A DNA stretch of 64,000 nucleotides from Camelus ferus (taxonomy: Eukaryota). The DNA is taken from positions 52,268,001-52,332,000 of the forward strand of contig NC_045697.1 in NCBI RefSeq assembly GCF_009834535.1, given 5' to 3'. Under the pieces are notes generated by a model. The model saw nothing but the letters and a program-made list of their open reading frames with translations, was not told the DNA's origin and searched no databases. The first letter of the stretch is position 1, and each line of letters opens with the position of its first letter. The translations under genes and the position numbers were made by a program. Positions 12,801-26,253 of the stretch are shown here, in pieces.

Positions 12801-15800
12801 AGAAACGACATGACTTGATAAGCATGTCATATCTAGGTCTAGATATGCAGGCCTGGGTAAGCTTACCTGCATATCTAAATAAGCAGACCTGACCTGAAGA
12901 GCACATACTGAAAATTCACAAGCCTATTGTCTGTGTGATCCCAAAAAGGACAGTCACAAACGGCACAACACTTCTCCAGAGGGGTTTTTGAACTTTTATC
13001 CATTCCAGATGGAACACTACAAGACCTTTTGATATCCCACTATTTAATTTGTTGGATGTGTTTATAAGAATTGAGGGGCCATTCTTTAAAGGACATATGA
13101 AAGTGTAAATTACTCCGGACTCCATTGGTTCGAGCCATGTGTATGTGATGTGAAATAATTACATAATTTATTCAAGAAGAGTAGTGAGATTACTAGTTAG
13201 TAATCATTCGGGTGCTGGATCACTTTCATTTGGTCATCAATTTTTAATATCAGTTGAGATATTTACTTAAATGGCATAGTTAATTAACACAGATAAAGAA
13301 GAAATAAGTCATCAACAGAAAAAGAGGGGGCCATTAAATGTTATCTAAATCACTATCTAACATGATAGATGGAAAGTAACCACATGCTGGGTTCAATAAC
13401 AACCAGGCTTCAAGTCTAAGCTTCAAAGATTACTCTGCAATACAAATGTGTTCCTTCTTACCACAATCTGTGCTGCTTTTTATACTCTGCCAGTGGGCAG
13501 ACCATTATTTTCCTTTATTCTTTCTTGACTTCATGCTTTCTTCCTCACATTCTGAAGGCACATTTATGTTGTAGACAATCTGTGAAGAAGGTGGAGTAGA
13601 CAGAACAGAAGGAACCTCAGAGGCCAGCATCTGAAACAATGAACAGTTAAATGTTTGAACATGATGGTCTGGAAAATAATAAAAGCCTATCTTGAAAATT
13701 CAGATCCATATACCAGACAACTAACCATAAAACAGAAAACGGTCAGGATACATTAGAAAGTTCTGGAATGACTGATGGTTACTAATAAACAGGCAATGCC
13801 ATGTACAAGTAGGACTTAAATAGGACAGTACTCAATTATTCAAAAAAAAAAAAAAAGCCTTGGATTCTACCTTTCTACTTGAATCAGTGCAGAACAAGAC
13901 AACAGAAACACTAATACAATTTCTCTATAAATGAGTAAATACACTAGTGTTGGATAATATCCTCTGTATATGACAGCAACCCAGTAATGTAATTACTACT
14001 ACTGCTCTCAGAAAGTGGAGATGATTTTCCTTGCTTCCTCCCAGATTTGGGAGTGCATGTGGTCTGGTGGAAACAGACACTGAATTCACACATACACGCT
14101 GGCCACTGACATGTACTCTTGGCAAGATGCTTAACCTGAGAACTAGTTTTTTTCATCAATAAAGTATGGTTAATAACATCCAATAGGGCTACTTCCAAGA
14201 GGCTGGTCACATTTGGAAGTTGCTCCAAACTTTAAAATAAAAAATGCACTTAAAGCACATAACTTAGTAGATAGCTACATGATAAATATTAGTTTCCATC
14301 TTTTTTTCCCTCCCCTTGTACCCGTTTCCCTGTTGATCATCATAACGAACAAAAGGGATGAGTTAATCAACAACCACTTAGGCTAGAGCAGTCAAACAGT
14401 TGGACATTTCATCTCTGCCGAGTAGAATCCCCATAGCAGAGATACTTGGGGAGCTAGTTCTCCCCTAGTCACATTTTCTGCAAGAGGTACATTTTCAACG
14501 ATTTTTGTAAAACTACCATGTTGACATGAAGGATAACAGAGAGTCAAGTATGGGAGCAAGACCCCCAAACTGGGGTTAGAAGTCAATCAAGGTTGCTGCC
14601 TACTCAAGACCTGGCTTTTCCCATCCAACCACGGAGGGAGAAAAAGTCCTGAGGCTTGGTCACACTCAGGCTCGCTCCTCCAAAATAGTGCTGGAACTGG
14701 TTCCTCTGTCAAGGCAAAATTACCCCAAACCAATATTAAAAGTTCTGGCCCTCAATCCTTTTTTAAAAAGCTAGAGTAACAAGATGGAACTTTATGGCAG
14801 AGTGTAGGAATACACAGGAAGAAAATACAAGCAAGTGCTAACTTTCCTGCCCTGATGCAACCCATTTAGATGTGACTTAAAATCTTTAAATATCCTGTTT
14901 TGTCCAATAGCAGATCTCCCCTGATCTTTAGTGATCTTTCTTGTGAATACTCAAGATTATCGCATAACAAGTCATACTTGTCACGTGCTTCAACTCAAAA
15001 TGGGGAGCGGGGAGGGGGAAAGATGCAGACGACAGGTTTGAAGCATAATTAAACACATGCTGGCAGTCTCCGGCTCTCTCTCAGCAGCAAACTTGGGCGG
15101 CCAAGTTTCCACAATATTTGTAGGGAAACAGATACTCTATAACCACAGGCTTATGCTGCTCTCATAATGATTTCATCAAAGTCCTCCAACCCTCCTGACG
15201 TCTTGAAAGAATTATGAATTCCGTGACAGACATGCATAGCAGAGGGGAAGCCTGCCGTGGGATTCAGGAACCAAGAACTCAGGAGGAGCAGGGCCAGATA
15301 GTGACCTTGAGTGAACACACTGCTTTGCACAGTTTATTTCCTCATGTAAAAGCCAGAGCTCCAAATTTTTACAGGAGTTTATGAAGATGAATTGGGTATC
15401 AGTGTTCAAACTCTCGCTAATCATCCCAGACTTTTAGCCTTTTAGTCTCGCTCCATCTGCTTACACATCCTCATTTACCCTCTTTCTCTCCATCGTATGA
15501 TGAGCTTGAAACCACATTCCAAGTGTCAAGACGCTGAATCCCTGTTTCAGGACTGATGACCTTATTCAGACCCTCCCATCTCTTTACTCTCTACAGACCT
15601 GATGTGAAGGACTGACTGGGAACAATCCTAGATTAAAACATAACATTATTTTACTTACATGGGTCAAGATGTAGAGGTCAAGATGTAGAAATTAGACAAT
15701 TCCTAAAGAAAATACTAAAACAATGTTCCACTAAGATGAAAAAAAGTCCTTTTATTTGAAAGATGGCTGTTAATTACAGAAATGTGTAATTACCTGTACT

Positions 15801-16128
15801 TTTGGCCAGCACAATAAATTGAACAGAAATAATAAGGATTAATAATAAAAAACAGTAGAATTAGTTTACAGTCGAACAGAGATTTATTTCTTCAGCTTAT
15901 CTAAAATCAGGGTAAATACTTTAATTTATGGACAGCCACCATATCTGCTACTCCTCTCTTGCAAGTCAACATGTTCCCAAAAGGGAGTAGGTTGGTTGGA
16001 GCAGAATGGAAAATGCAAGGGTAAGCCATGATTTCCTGTAAAAGGTCAGACAGTAAATATTTTAGGTTTTGTGGTCCATACCTATGGCGTATGGTCTCTG
16101 TAGCAACTCCTTATCTCTGTCATTGTAG

Positions 16129-16353
16129 CTTGAGAGTTTGCTTGGAGGCTCTGGCAGGGGACCATAGCTATTTGCATACCCTTGACCAAGAAGAATGGTT
16201 CTCCTCTATCCGGGAAGGTCACCCTCTTCGACCCAGTGCACAGCTTCATGAGGGACGCACATGGAGTGGTGAGGGAGGAAGGAGACACACGCCCAGCCAG
16301 ACAGATCAGCCGAATTAACCCTGGCGATCAATGGGGTGACAGATGTCGCAGCC
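16129..16353 (-). pseudogene. 7SK snRNA retropseudogene, truncated at both ends (about nt 18-240 of 7SK), no poly(A) tail
   Basis: The reverse complement reads GGCTGCGACATCTGTCACCCCATTGATCGCCAGGGTTAATTCGGCTGATCT...CTCCAAGCAAACTCTCAAG, collinear with 7SK as recalled. Degenerate TSD of about 22 bp (16108-16131 and 16354-16375). Confidence 0.93.
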
Positions 16354-16518
16354 TCTCATCTTGTCATGGTAGCTTAAAAGCAGCCATAGACAATACATGA
16401 AATGGATGTGGTTGTGCTCCAATAAAACTTTGCTTATGGACACAAATTTAAATTTACTGTAACTTTCACATCACAAAATACTATTCTTCAAAGTTTTTTC
16501 AATCATTTAAAAATTCTT

Positions 16519-16623
16519 GGGTGGAGGGAGATAGCTCAGTGGTAGAGCACATGATTAGCATGTGTGAAGACCTGGCTTCAATCCGCAGTACCTCTGTTTA
16601 AAAAAATTAGCAAATAAAAAATT
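16519..16623 (+). mobile_element. tRNA-derived SINE (camelid vic-1-like)
   Basis: A-box TAGCTCAGTGG, B-box-like GGCTTCAATCC, A-rich tail, TSD AAAATTCTT. Confidence 0.85.
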
Positions 16624-17794
16624 AAAATTCTTTGTTGTATGGTTTATGGGTCACACAAAAACTGGATATGGTCCATGGCCTGTATTTGCCAATCCCTGAT
16701 GTAATGCAAGGAATAGGAGTCATATAGGCAGAAAATATTGGTCTGAATTGGGTAAATCATGAAATCTCTTTAAGTTTCAGTTTTTAAATCACCCTCTTAT
16801 GAGGGAAAAATAAAGTTATACACATGAAAATAATTTTAAACTATTATGTATTATACACATACTAGTTGCTGGTGACATTTATTTACACAGACCTTGCCGC
16901 ATATATAAGTTTACCAAATGAAAACCCCAAAACACACAAAGAGCAGAGAAAGTCAAAATCATAAAGATAATAAATGCATACATACATAAGATCTACACAG
17001 TGTCAAAGCTGAGGTCTGATTTTTCTTCAAAATTGTTGACAGCTAGAGTGAAAGGGAAGTCTTCGATTCAACAAATATTTATTTTGTTAGTATTTGCTAT
17101 GAGCCAACCATTGTTCTAGGTGCCAGGAATACAGCACTTAAAACAGAAAAAAAAAAAAAAAAAGTCTTGGTTGTCATGGCACAAAATAGTCAATTATTTC
17201 TCTTTGATAATAAGAAAAACATAACAATTCTTTAAGGGAAATGAAGCCTTCTCTGATGTATAGCAATAACTTCACTTGTAGTTTCACAGGCAACACTGCT
17301 GTGCTATGAAGACATACCAACGCAAGTGCAGGTATTTAATTTCTTCCTGCATAATTCAATGGAAACTAAGGACATCAAAGCTTGTCTCAGTAAAAGCAAC
17401 CCTGCAGAAATTTGACATAGCCTCGTGCAAATGTGTCATCTTTAGCTGATCTAACTTAATCCAAGGATAGAATCTGGATTATTAGACAGAACTTATTTCT
17501 CAAAATCTGCACCAAAATAATCTTGGAAGCTTCTGAATGTTGTAGATTCTTGGACTGCATGTAATCCTAGTGAATCATAATCTTTGAAAATGGGCCTAAT
17601 AATCCACATTTTGAAAGAGCTCCCTGGGATTTTCTTTTATACACCAAATTATGAGAACCTTTAACTTTGAGGAAGAATTTTCATACTGTTTTCATTCTTC
17701 AAGGGTTGTGAAATCAATTTAGAAGAAAAGCATTTTTTAAATGAAATAGGTTAAAATAAAATAGAAAGAATGGAACAACAAATACTAAAGTGTG

Positions 17795-18568
17795 AAACAA
17801 TAAGTGCTGGAGAGGGTGTGGAGAAAAGGGATCCCTCCTACACTGTTGGTGGGAATGCAGTTTGGTGCAGCCGTTATAGAAAATAGTATGGAGATTCCCC
17901 AGTAGACTAAAACTAGACTTACCATATGATCCAGCAACCCCACTCCTGGGCATATATCCAGAGGGAACCTTAATTCAAAAAGGCACATGCACCCCAATGT
18001 TTGTAGCAGCACTATTTACAATAGACAAGACATGGAAACAGTCTAAATGTCCATCAACAGATGCCAGGATAAAGAAGTTGCAGTGTATTTATACAGTGGA
18101 ATACTACTCAGCCATATAAAAGAATAAAATAATGCCATTTGCAGCAACATGGATGGACCTGGAGATTGTCATTCTAAGTGAAGTAAGCCAAAAAGAGAAT
18201 GAAAAATACCGTATGAGATCGCTCATATGTGGAATCTAAAAATAAAGACAACCAAACTTATTTAAAAACAGAAACAGACTCATAAAGAAAACAAACTTAT
18301 GGTTACCAGGCAGGAAAGTGGGTGGGAAGGGATAAATTGGGAGTTCAAGATTTGCAGATACTAACTAATATGTATAAAGTAGATAAACAACAAATTCATA
18401 CTTGTATAGCACAGGAAACTATATTCAATATCTTGTAGTAACCTATGGTGAAAAAAAAATTGAAAATGAATATATGTCTGTTCATGTTATGACTGAAGCA
18501 TTATGCTGTATACCAGAAACTGACACAATGTTGACTGACTACACTTCAATAAAATATATATAAAAAAT
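17795..18568 (+). mobile_element. Young 5'-truncated L1
   Basis: Same ORF2 end and 3' UTR type as 7374-7974 and 12022-12800. A-rich tail and a short TSD-like TAAAGTG. Confidence 0.92.
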
Positions 18569-21500
18569 TAAAGTGGGTTGTAGTTTAAATATTTACCTAA
18601 ATATTACAGATATTAAGCATAAGGATATTTTGTGAAAATTTTGTTTTTATGAATATGTAGCATATAATAGGTCATACAGATATCTTATTCTGGGCTTCAA
18701 TCAAAATACTCTGAAAACACTTACCAAGAGGGACATATTGACTTCAAATCTTTCAAAAATTCTCTGAAAATATCAGTCTTCTCTCATCTGAGAATTAAAA
18801 GTAAACAGTTATATGCAGCATATATTACGTTCTAAACATATACTAGTGAAGAAAAACATCAAATATCCTTTGTCTACTACAATGTCTATTCATATTTTTA
18901 AAAATATGTATTCTTAAAAGGGTTGAGATGTCCTTGTGAATTAAGCACTCTGGTAAACCATGTACAAATTCATTACCACCAACAGAAGGCTTCTGGTCAC
19001 ATCCTGCTGAGATGTTTGGAATAAAGTAGCAATAAATTTTCCCTGGCCATTTTTGTGGTCTTGACTTATTATTTTATGTGAAACAGTAACTCATCTCAAC
19101 TTTATTTATGATATTAAAAGATAATACTTAGAACATTTCAGTGCATTGACTTTTATAATTAATGAACCTAAATTTAATTTTCCATCCAATCCTATGTAGT
19201 CAACTCTTTGTAAATTGATTCTCCTCCCAAAATTATGATGCATATCCCATTATAGCAGGTTCTATTTCAGACAGAGCAGATGCTTCCCTCAGTTTCAGTA
19301 TGTGCAATATGAATGCACACACATTTTTTCAGAACACGTATCTTTTAAAGATTCACAGAGCAGAAAGCGGCTTTAGTACCTCAGCATTTCAATAAACAGA
19401 CATTAAGTCAGTTCAGAAGTAAAACAACTAAGACCATACTTCCATTTGAATAAATCTTCATGGAGAGCAGCTTAGTCAATTATTGAACAATCTTTATTGT
19501 TGGGAAACTGTTCTTTAGAGCAACTGTTTTTTTAATGTAGAATTTGTAGAAAAGTTTCAGCATGTTTGTGAACTCTCTGAAATGCCATGAAGAATTCTGT
19601 ATATATTAATGAGTAGATTTCTCTAGGGAATGGATTCATAGCTTTCAGCAGTTCTTGAAGGCATCCATGGCAAACAAAAACATCACAAAAACAAACTTTT
19701 ACTGCTTTAAAGCCAATCCTTATCCTCTCATTCCATAATTTAAACTCTGGATCTTCTCCATCTGTCTTCAGATAAGATCGAACACAGTTTTTTCCTTGTA
19801 TTCGTACAATTTATTCTTGAAAGCTTTCACTAGGTAACACTCTGACATTCTTTTCTTCAAAAAAGAGACATTAGAAGGAATAATAGTTGAGAGGAATGGT
19901 ATTTAAAGGAAGTAAAACTACCAAAGTCAAAGTCTCTTTAGAGATGTTTCTTGTCCACTCAGGAGCAGCAGAATAAATTACAAAACTTGCTGATAAATAG
20001 TGTGTGACTTCCAGAGAGCTACGTGAAATCACAATGGAATGTCAAGCCAGGTAAGTCATTAGGAAAGCACCTTTGCTAAATCAACATTTCCTTCAAAGAG
20101 TGGAGGTTAATATTAACATGCTTTCCTAGAAAATGATCATCTCTTTACCATAAATCACACAACAAACGCACAACAGAAGCCACTTTTGAAATATCTTTTA
20201 AAGTCTGCAAACAAGGAAGTATAAAAACATAATGTAAAAGATATGTGGTAAATTTCATGCAGTGGTGATAACCTAATGGAGGAAGAGCGGCTTTACTTGG
20301 TTAAATTCAGAGCATAATAACCTTAAGTGGATTTTTATTGAGAAAATCCCAAATCTGTAAGAGGAGGTCAGTTTTCTGAATTAATGCAAAACCAAAGTAC
20401 CCTTTGTTTAATAGAAGTTTTATCAGATATTTTCCAGGAAGTGTCAGAATTTTTTTTTCATTAAAGCTGAGTTTTGATTTCACTATATATGGCAACAGTT
20501 AAGAGTGGTATTTTGGTTTGCCTGTTCTTAAGTTACAGAAATTAATCAATTATTTCGTATTATATTCTAAATACATTCACTGAGCAAATCATCATTTCAT
20601 GCTTACACTGCCCTCAGTAAGTAGTGATACCTAGAAGTATGTGATGGTGAATAAAGAACGAAAAAGATTCCTTAACCTCAATATGGACAGAATAGGTGAT
20701 AAGTAAGCACATCATTTTGCTTTGGACAGGCATGGTTACTGATCAAGAAATCTTGAGAACCACAAGTCATAAATGAAAATGTAAATTGTTTCAAACAACA
20801 ACAACATTCTCTATGCTTATTAAATTCCACATATTATACTAAGAAATTGAACAAGCTTACTGTGTCTATATTGCACAGAAACCCTTTGAAGTGAGTATTT
20901 ATAATAGGATTCTGAATCACAAGGACAGAAACCCAACAGACAGAACCCAGTAACAGGAATCAGTTAGAACTCGGAAACCACTGGCGCCAAACCCATTTCT
21001 TGACCATTTCTAGAAGAAATGCTCAAGTTCCCTACTCTGTCTATCACGTCTCCTCCTCTTTGCAAGCTCCCCACCTTCCTCCTTCTTGGTTTGTAGATGG
21101 ATTTTCTCTGGTCCTTGTGTCTATATGACAGAAAACAAGACCACTGACAACTCGAGTTTTACATCTTAAATTTTTAATGCCAAAGAAAAGCTATCCTGTC
21201 AGAGCTGCAATTCTAATATTCCTGGCAAAAGACCTCTATTGGTCAAGGTTTATTCAGATGCCCAACACCAGACCAGCAGTGTTCAGTAGGTCATGTCTGT
21301 TACATAAAGGTAACAAGATCCTGAAATGTCAATCATTCAGATTTTACTTTCTTTCACACACTTTCATTCTCCACCTCCCCCTCCAATTTCTCAAAGGAAT
21401 CTAGAATCTTTAGTATTTTCTACAAGGAAAGTTAAAAAGAAAAATGCATGTACATTCATTTGTAGGTTTGGTTTGGTTGTTAGTGGTTGGTTTTGTTTTG

Positions 21501-23398
21501 TTTTCTACACCTAGTCTCTTAAGACTCAAAAGGAAGTCCCTGAAGGAAGTGGATCAAAGAGTTCATACAACAAAGATTAAAAAGCAAAAAAGAGGGAAGG
21601 AAATTACTCTAATTCTCACACTTGGAAAAAAAGACAGTTGAGGGTTACCTGGGCTGAGAGAAAGAGGAAAGGGGATGGTGGGGTCAAGATGTCAGAAGAG
21701 GATAGAATCACCAGACCAGAAGGATCACAGGAGAGTTAGGAATGGGAGGGAAGCATTAGCATGGATATATGTCCAATCATCATCAAGTGGTCAGCTTTAG
21801 GAAGCAGAGTAGAAGCCAAGATAATAGACTACTCTCTTGCTTACAGGAAAGCCGTGTCAGAGACTGTCATCACTCTTGGGCAGAGAATGGCTGCCATCTC
21901 TACCAGCTGCCTGCACCTCCATCTGCATTCAAAACTTCTCAGAGTCTCTTGTGGCTCCTACCTTTATCATCAATCCAGGAGACTTGTAAGTACCCCAAAA
22001 GAGAATACAGGAAACTTCACCCACCATATGACAGCAGTGGTGCGAATGGGAAAGCCCCAGTGTAGGTATTTGGGTGGGCTGAAGAGTGAAAAAAAACTCA
22101 CCCTTATTTCACCACCCTGGCAATTTCCAGGACAGTCATGTAAATGACAGGGTAGGAAGGGGAAAATTTGCAGGAAATGTGCTGGCTGGGGTTGCAGGGC
22201 AGATGAAAAATCAGGAATCTCCTAGAACATAAAAAGTCTCATTCGACACATGAGGCAACTGATTCTTACAAATTTAAGTCCTTAACCAAGATGACAGGAA
22301 GCCACAATGCAGACCCAGCTGATGCTCTGATTCACAATGCAGCAGCACCTCAACACTCAGATCCTTGGGGCAGCTTCTGTAATAAGTAAAAATGAGCAAG
22401 AGGTATTTGTGAAAATTTTTGGAATCACAATTCCAACTCCTGGCACCATAGGAAGCAGACAGCTATCTGAGCAGCCTTGGTGACAGATGGTTCTCAGATA
22501 TTGTGTATAGGATTGGGAGGAGAGATTTGTTTTTTGAAGAAAAATGTAGTTATCACTATCCATTATTTCTTTAGATCCATACATTTTCAGTTGGGTGTTT
22601 TGTCCTGGTTTTGGGGTTTTTTTTGTTTGTTTGTTGGTTGGTTGGTTGGTGGAGTTTTGTATATGTGTGTTTCTATTTTGATGAAAAATTAATATATGTA
22701 TAGAATGGATCATTTGGCCCATTAAAATGCCAATTTTCAGGGGACAATGGGGACTCAAAAGCCATAGAACACATGCAACTTTAATCCATATGCATTTTTT
22801 TCTTTTTTTTATACGCATTTTTAAAACTTTTAAAAATCTTATCAAATGTATGGTAATTGGAGAAAAATCTTCAGATGTGAACTATTATCCCTCCAAATCA
22901 TCATCTGAATAGTTTTGTAGTATCCTATTGTTTGAATATGCCAGATAGGTACTAAATGGCAAGTCAGAGAAATTGAATTCAAGTTAACTTAAAAGCAACT
23001 AATGGAAATTTTGGCTCACATAGCTGGTAAAAATACTGAAAATATGACGATGCCAGTCTCTCTCTCTCTCCCCCATCTCTCGCCTCTCCCAGTCTCTGCT
23101 GGCCCTCATTCTGTCCTTTGACATACGCATGGAGAATAAGGCTCTGTAAGGTCCAAGTTTACGACATCACAGCTCGTCATTCAAAAGTAAAGACAGAATG
23201 TCTCTCCAGCATTCAAATATCAAATTCCTTATAAAGACCTTGATTAACCCAAACTGGGTCACAGTTCCCCCTTGGACCAATACTTCAGGCAAAGGGATGG
23301 GGCACAAGGATTGGCTGTGTCTCACTCACGCGTCCACCTTTTGTTTGGAGAGTTACTAGTATCAGCCCCATCAAGTCGATGTCAGATAAGGGTAAGAG

Positions 23399-23585
23399 CA
23401 GTGGTGGGCTGGAGCCATCTCCACCCAGCTTTCTGGAGTTGACTGTATGTATCTTCTCCCAACTCCTGATCGATAGCTTGAAATCAGCCACGGTGGGAAT
23501 AATTACACAACAGAAATCAGCATACACTGCAAACCAAGACTTTATTTTCCTGAAGGTGGGTTGTTAAATCTTTACCAGAAACTCC
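23399..23585. mobile_element. MER63-like hAT DNA transposon
   Basis: CAGTGGTGGGCTGGAGCC start and GTTAAATCTTTACCAG end resemble MER63 termini as recalled. Confidence 0.6.
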
Positions 23586-26010
23586 CGGATGGGAGCATTT
23601 CCCCTGAGAGCTGTGGTTAGGGAGACAGAATGCCAGGTAGAGACATCAGCAGGCTCCTGCCAGGCCCCACTTGTTCTCTGAGTGCAGCTCATAAGTCATA
23701 TTTGTAAAACCAGCAGATTTATTAGCATTTAAAGTGATTTTTCATGAACAGAATGCTGAGATTAAAGGAAGAGGTCTTTTAAAACTCCCACCCATTTTCA
23801 GACTTTTCAAAGCAGAGTTTCAGAATTGTTTTTTAATGGCATCCACTCACCTCACCAGTGTTCAAATAGAGGAAAATAAGATGAGCATGTTTCAAGAAAA
23901 GGAAAAAAGCACCATCTACATTCAGATGACTCTGTAAAGACATTACCTACATGCCATGGTATTTCACTTGGAGTAAATTCCACATCAGCCTTTCCTCAGG
24001 TCGTTTATGGAAACATAACTCTGTCGTGGAGTCTGTCTTTGCCAAGGACAGTATCGCGCCCTGATGCATGCCACCCACAGTAAATAAAGATGTATGTTGA
24101 TAAATACCTTCAAAACTTTTTCAATAACCCACATGCTATACAATAGTGTTCAAATAATATTTGTAAAATAAATGCTATCTACATACCAATCTCTGGTTTC
24201 ATCTTAATGCAAGAGTGAAAGTTTCCAAGGGCCAACTTCTATAACTCTCCTCCTCTCTCAATGCTGATTTTTTAAGATTTGTTGGTAGTTGCTCGTAAAA
24301 CAGCTATGATTATAAGCCAGGCTGCCTGAGTGCATTTTTCCTAGTCAGATAATGCTTAGTCTCTCCTTTTTTTGCTTCAAAGAAATTTTTTTTCCAGAGA
24401 GGAACTTCACTTTGTCAAATTTAGGTGTAACTACATTTATTGAGCAACTATTAATAATTGCTTTAGAATAATTTATCTTGTTAACACAGCTAACATTTAT
24501 TGAACATTTACTAACTTGCCAGATACTGTGCTGAACCCTACTTTTATCTTTTTTAATCCATACAACAGCCCTGTGAGACAGGAAATCTTATCCCCACTTA
24601 ACCTACAAGGACATGGAGATGGAAAGAAGAGAAAGAGCTCTCTGCAGTCACACAACAATTGAATGACATTGCCAGCAATCAAACCCCTATGTGACACCAA
24701 AATTAATGCACTCAACTGTTTGAAAAATGTCATGCCCTGAGGTGCTCACATACTATTTCCCATTGGTTCCAACACAGTCTCTGTGATGTGGATTTTGTTA
24801 TCCTCCTTTGCGAACGATCATACCAAGATTCAAAGAATTTAAGAAACGTGTCCAAATTTCTAAAACCACTGGCTGAGGTGGATCTCAAGTCCAAGCCTAA
24901 CTCCTTGTCCAGGACTTTTTCTACTACCATGCACCTCTCAGCAGAGTCAAATTGTTTGAACATGTTCTAAGTCTAGTTGTTTTAAAATTTCAAGGGAATA
25001 GCTTTAAATGTTGAATATACTGGTGTTTGGCTATATTAAAAACATAGCATTTATTCTGAGTCCTAATTCTATACAATTGGGATTAACAATAGAGAGTAAG
25101 TACTAGAGTAAGTCACTGACTCCCAGCAATTTTGTGGGAAGGAGATATCAAGGAGGGGGAGCGGGAATCTCTGCTCGCAAGTAGAAATACACAGAGCTGA
25201 ACTACTGAATCCAGGAGGCACTGTGCCAGCCCAAGAGAACTTGCAGGAGACAGAGAGATAAAACAAAGGGAGAAAACAGGCAGAATCATTTGTAACTTTT
25301 AAGCACAATAGTTAGAGTAGCCAAAAACAGAGCAAGCTGAGTTAAGAGTCCATCAAAACTACACTTCACAAGTTCAACTTGCAGTCATCCCAGCCTTGTA
25401 TCAACTTCTTACTGCAATGGCTTCATAATGAGAAAAACACATGCAAATGAGGTCAACAGTTGCTAGGGGGCAGTCATGGACAGCTATTGCCTCAATTTTG
25501 AAGAATCTTGGTTGGGGGCTAAAGGGGAGGGTTTGCAATGCAGAACAGGATTGATTACCATGAAGTGAAAGAATATGACAAACAGAAGAATTACTGACAG
25601 CCTGTGGTCTAAAGGGAAGGAAATGGACCCTCTGAGTCCTGCCAGCCTGTGGCTTCTCAAGCTGACTTCAGTGGGAGTACATCTGAACAATAAATCATGT
25701 AGATATCCTCACTGTGTTGCCACATGACCATTGCTGCTTGGAAGGAAACCCTAGAAATCAGGAACAATGGGCAGGGATGAGTAATTGGGAAAGTATACCA
25801 TATTTCTCTTAGAAGAATCAACAAAGATATCAGTTCTCAAGTTGCTGGGAAAAGCAAACACAGCACTCTCTTTTAAGGTACAAATACATGAAGCCAGGAA
25901 CTTGGCCACTTTTAACCACCTCAAAATCTTGAAATTACAGAGGGAAACTTTAAGAGAATTCACTAGTAAAACAAAGGTAACTGTAGATTGGGAGGAATTT
26001 TAACTATCAG

Positions 26011-26110
26011 AAAATTCTATTTCTCAGTAGAAATTCTAACAAGTCAAAGAAAAAGTATGGTGGTTGGAGAGGGGGTGGGTAAAGGGTGTTGTGGGAAAAG
26101 GTGTTTGGGA
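26011..26110 (+). repeat. Copy 1 of a 100-bp dispersed direct duplication (copy 2 at 27560-27659)
   Basis: Manual alignment shows 4 mismatches in 100 nt and no gaps. Confidence 0.92.
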
Positions 26111-26253
26111 AGATGGGCAAAGAGAAAGCCTCTAATAATGGCAACAAGCTTGGAAATTTTCAAGATCTGTATTTAGATGCCCATGTACACTAGTAGATTT
26201 GTGGACTAAGAAGTCTGGAACTTGTGTTTGCTCTTTGGAATAATCAAAGATGG

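Larger units (their letters stand above)
16016..16698 (+). mobile_element. MER58-like hAT-Charlie DNA transposon, interrupted by a 7SK copy and a SINE
   Basis: CTGTAAAAGGTCAGACAGTAAATATTTTAGG, GCAGCCATAGACAATA and CCAATAAAACTT motifs, ending TTTGCCAATCCCTG. Confidence 0.85.

Noticed and set aside
16519..16623. tRNA-like sequences here and at 34514-34689 and 55593-55685 as real tRNA genes
   Set aside because: They have A-rich tails, TSDs and degenerate stems, which marks them as SINEs.
22357..22845. 162-aa minus-strand ORF
   Set aside because: It runs through (TTTG/TTGG)n simple repeat and T-rich sequence, with no recognisable homology or splice structure.
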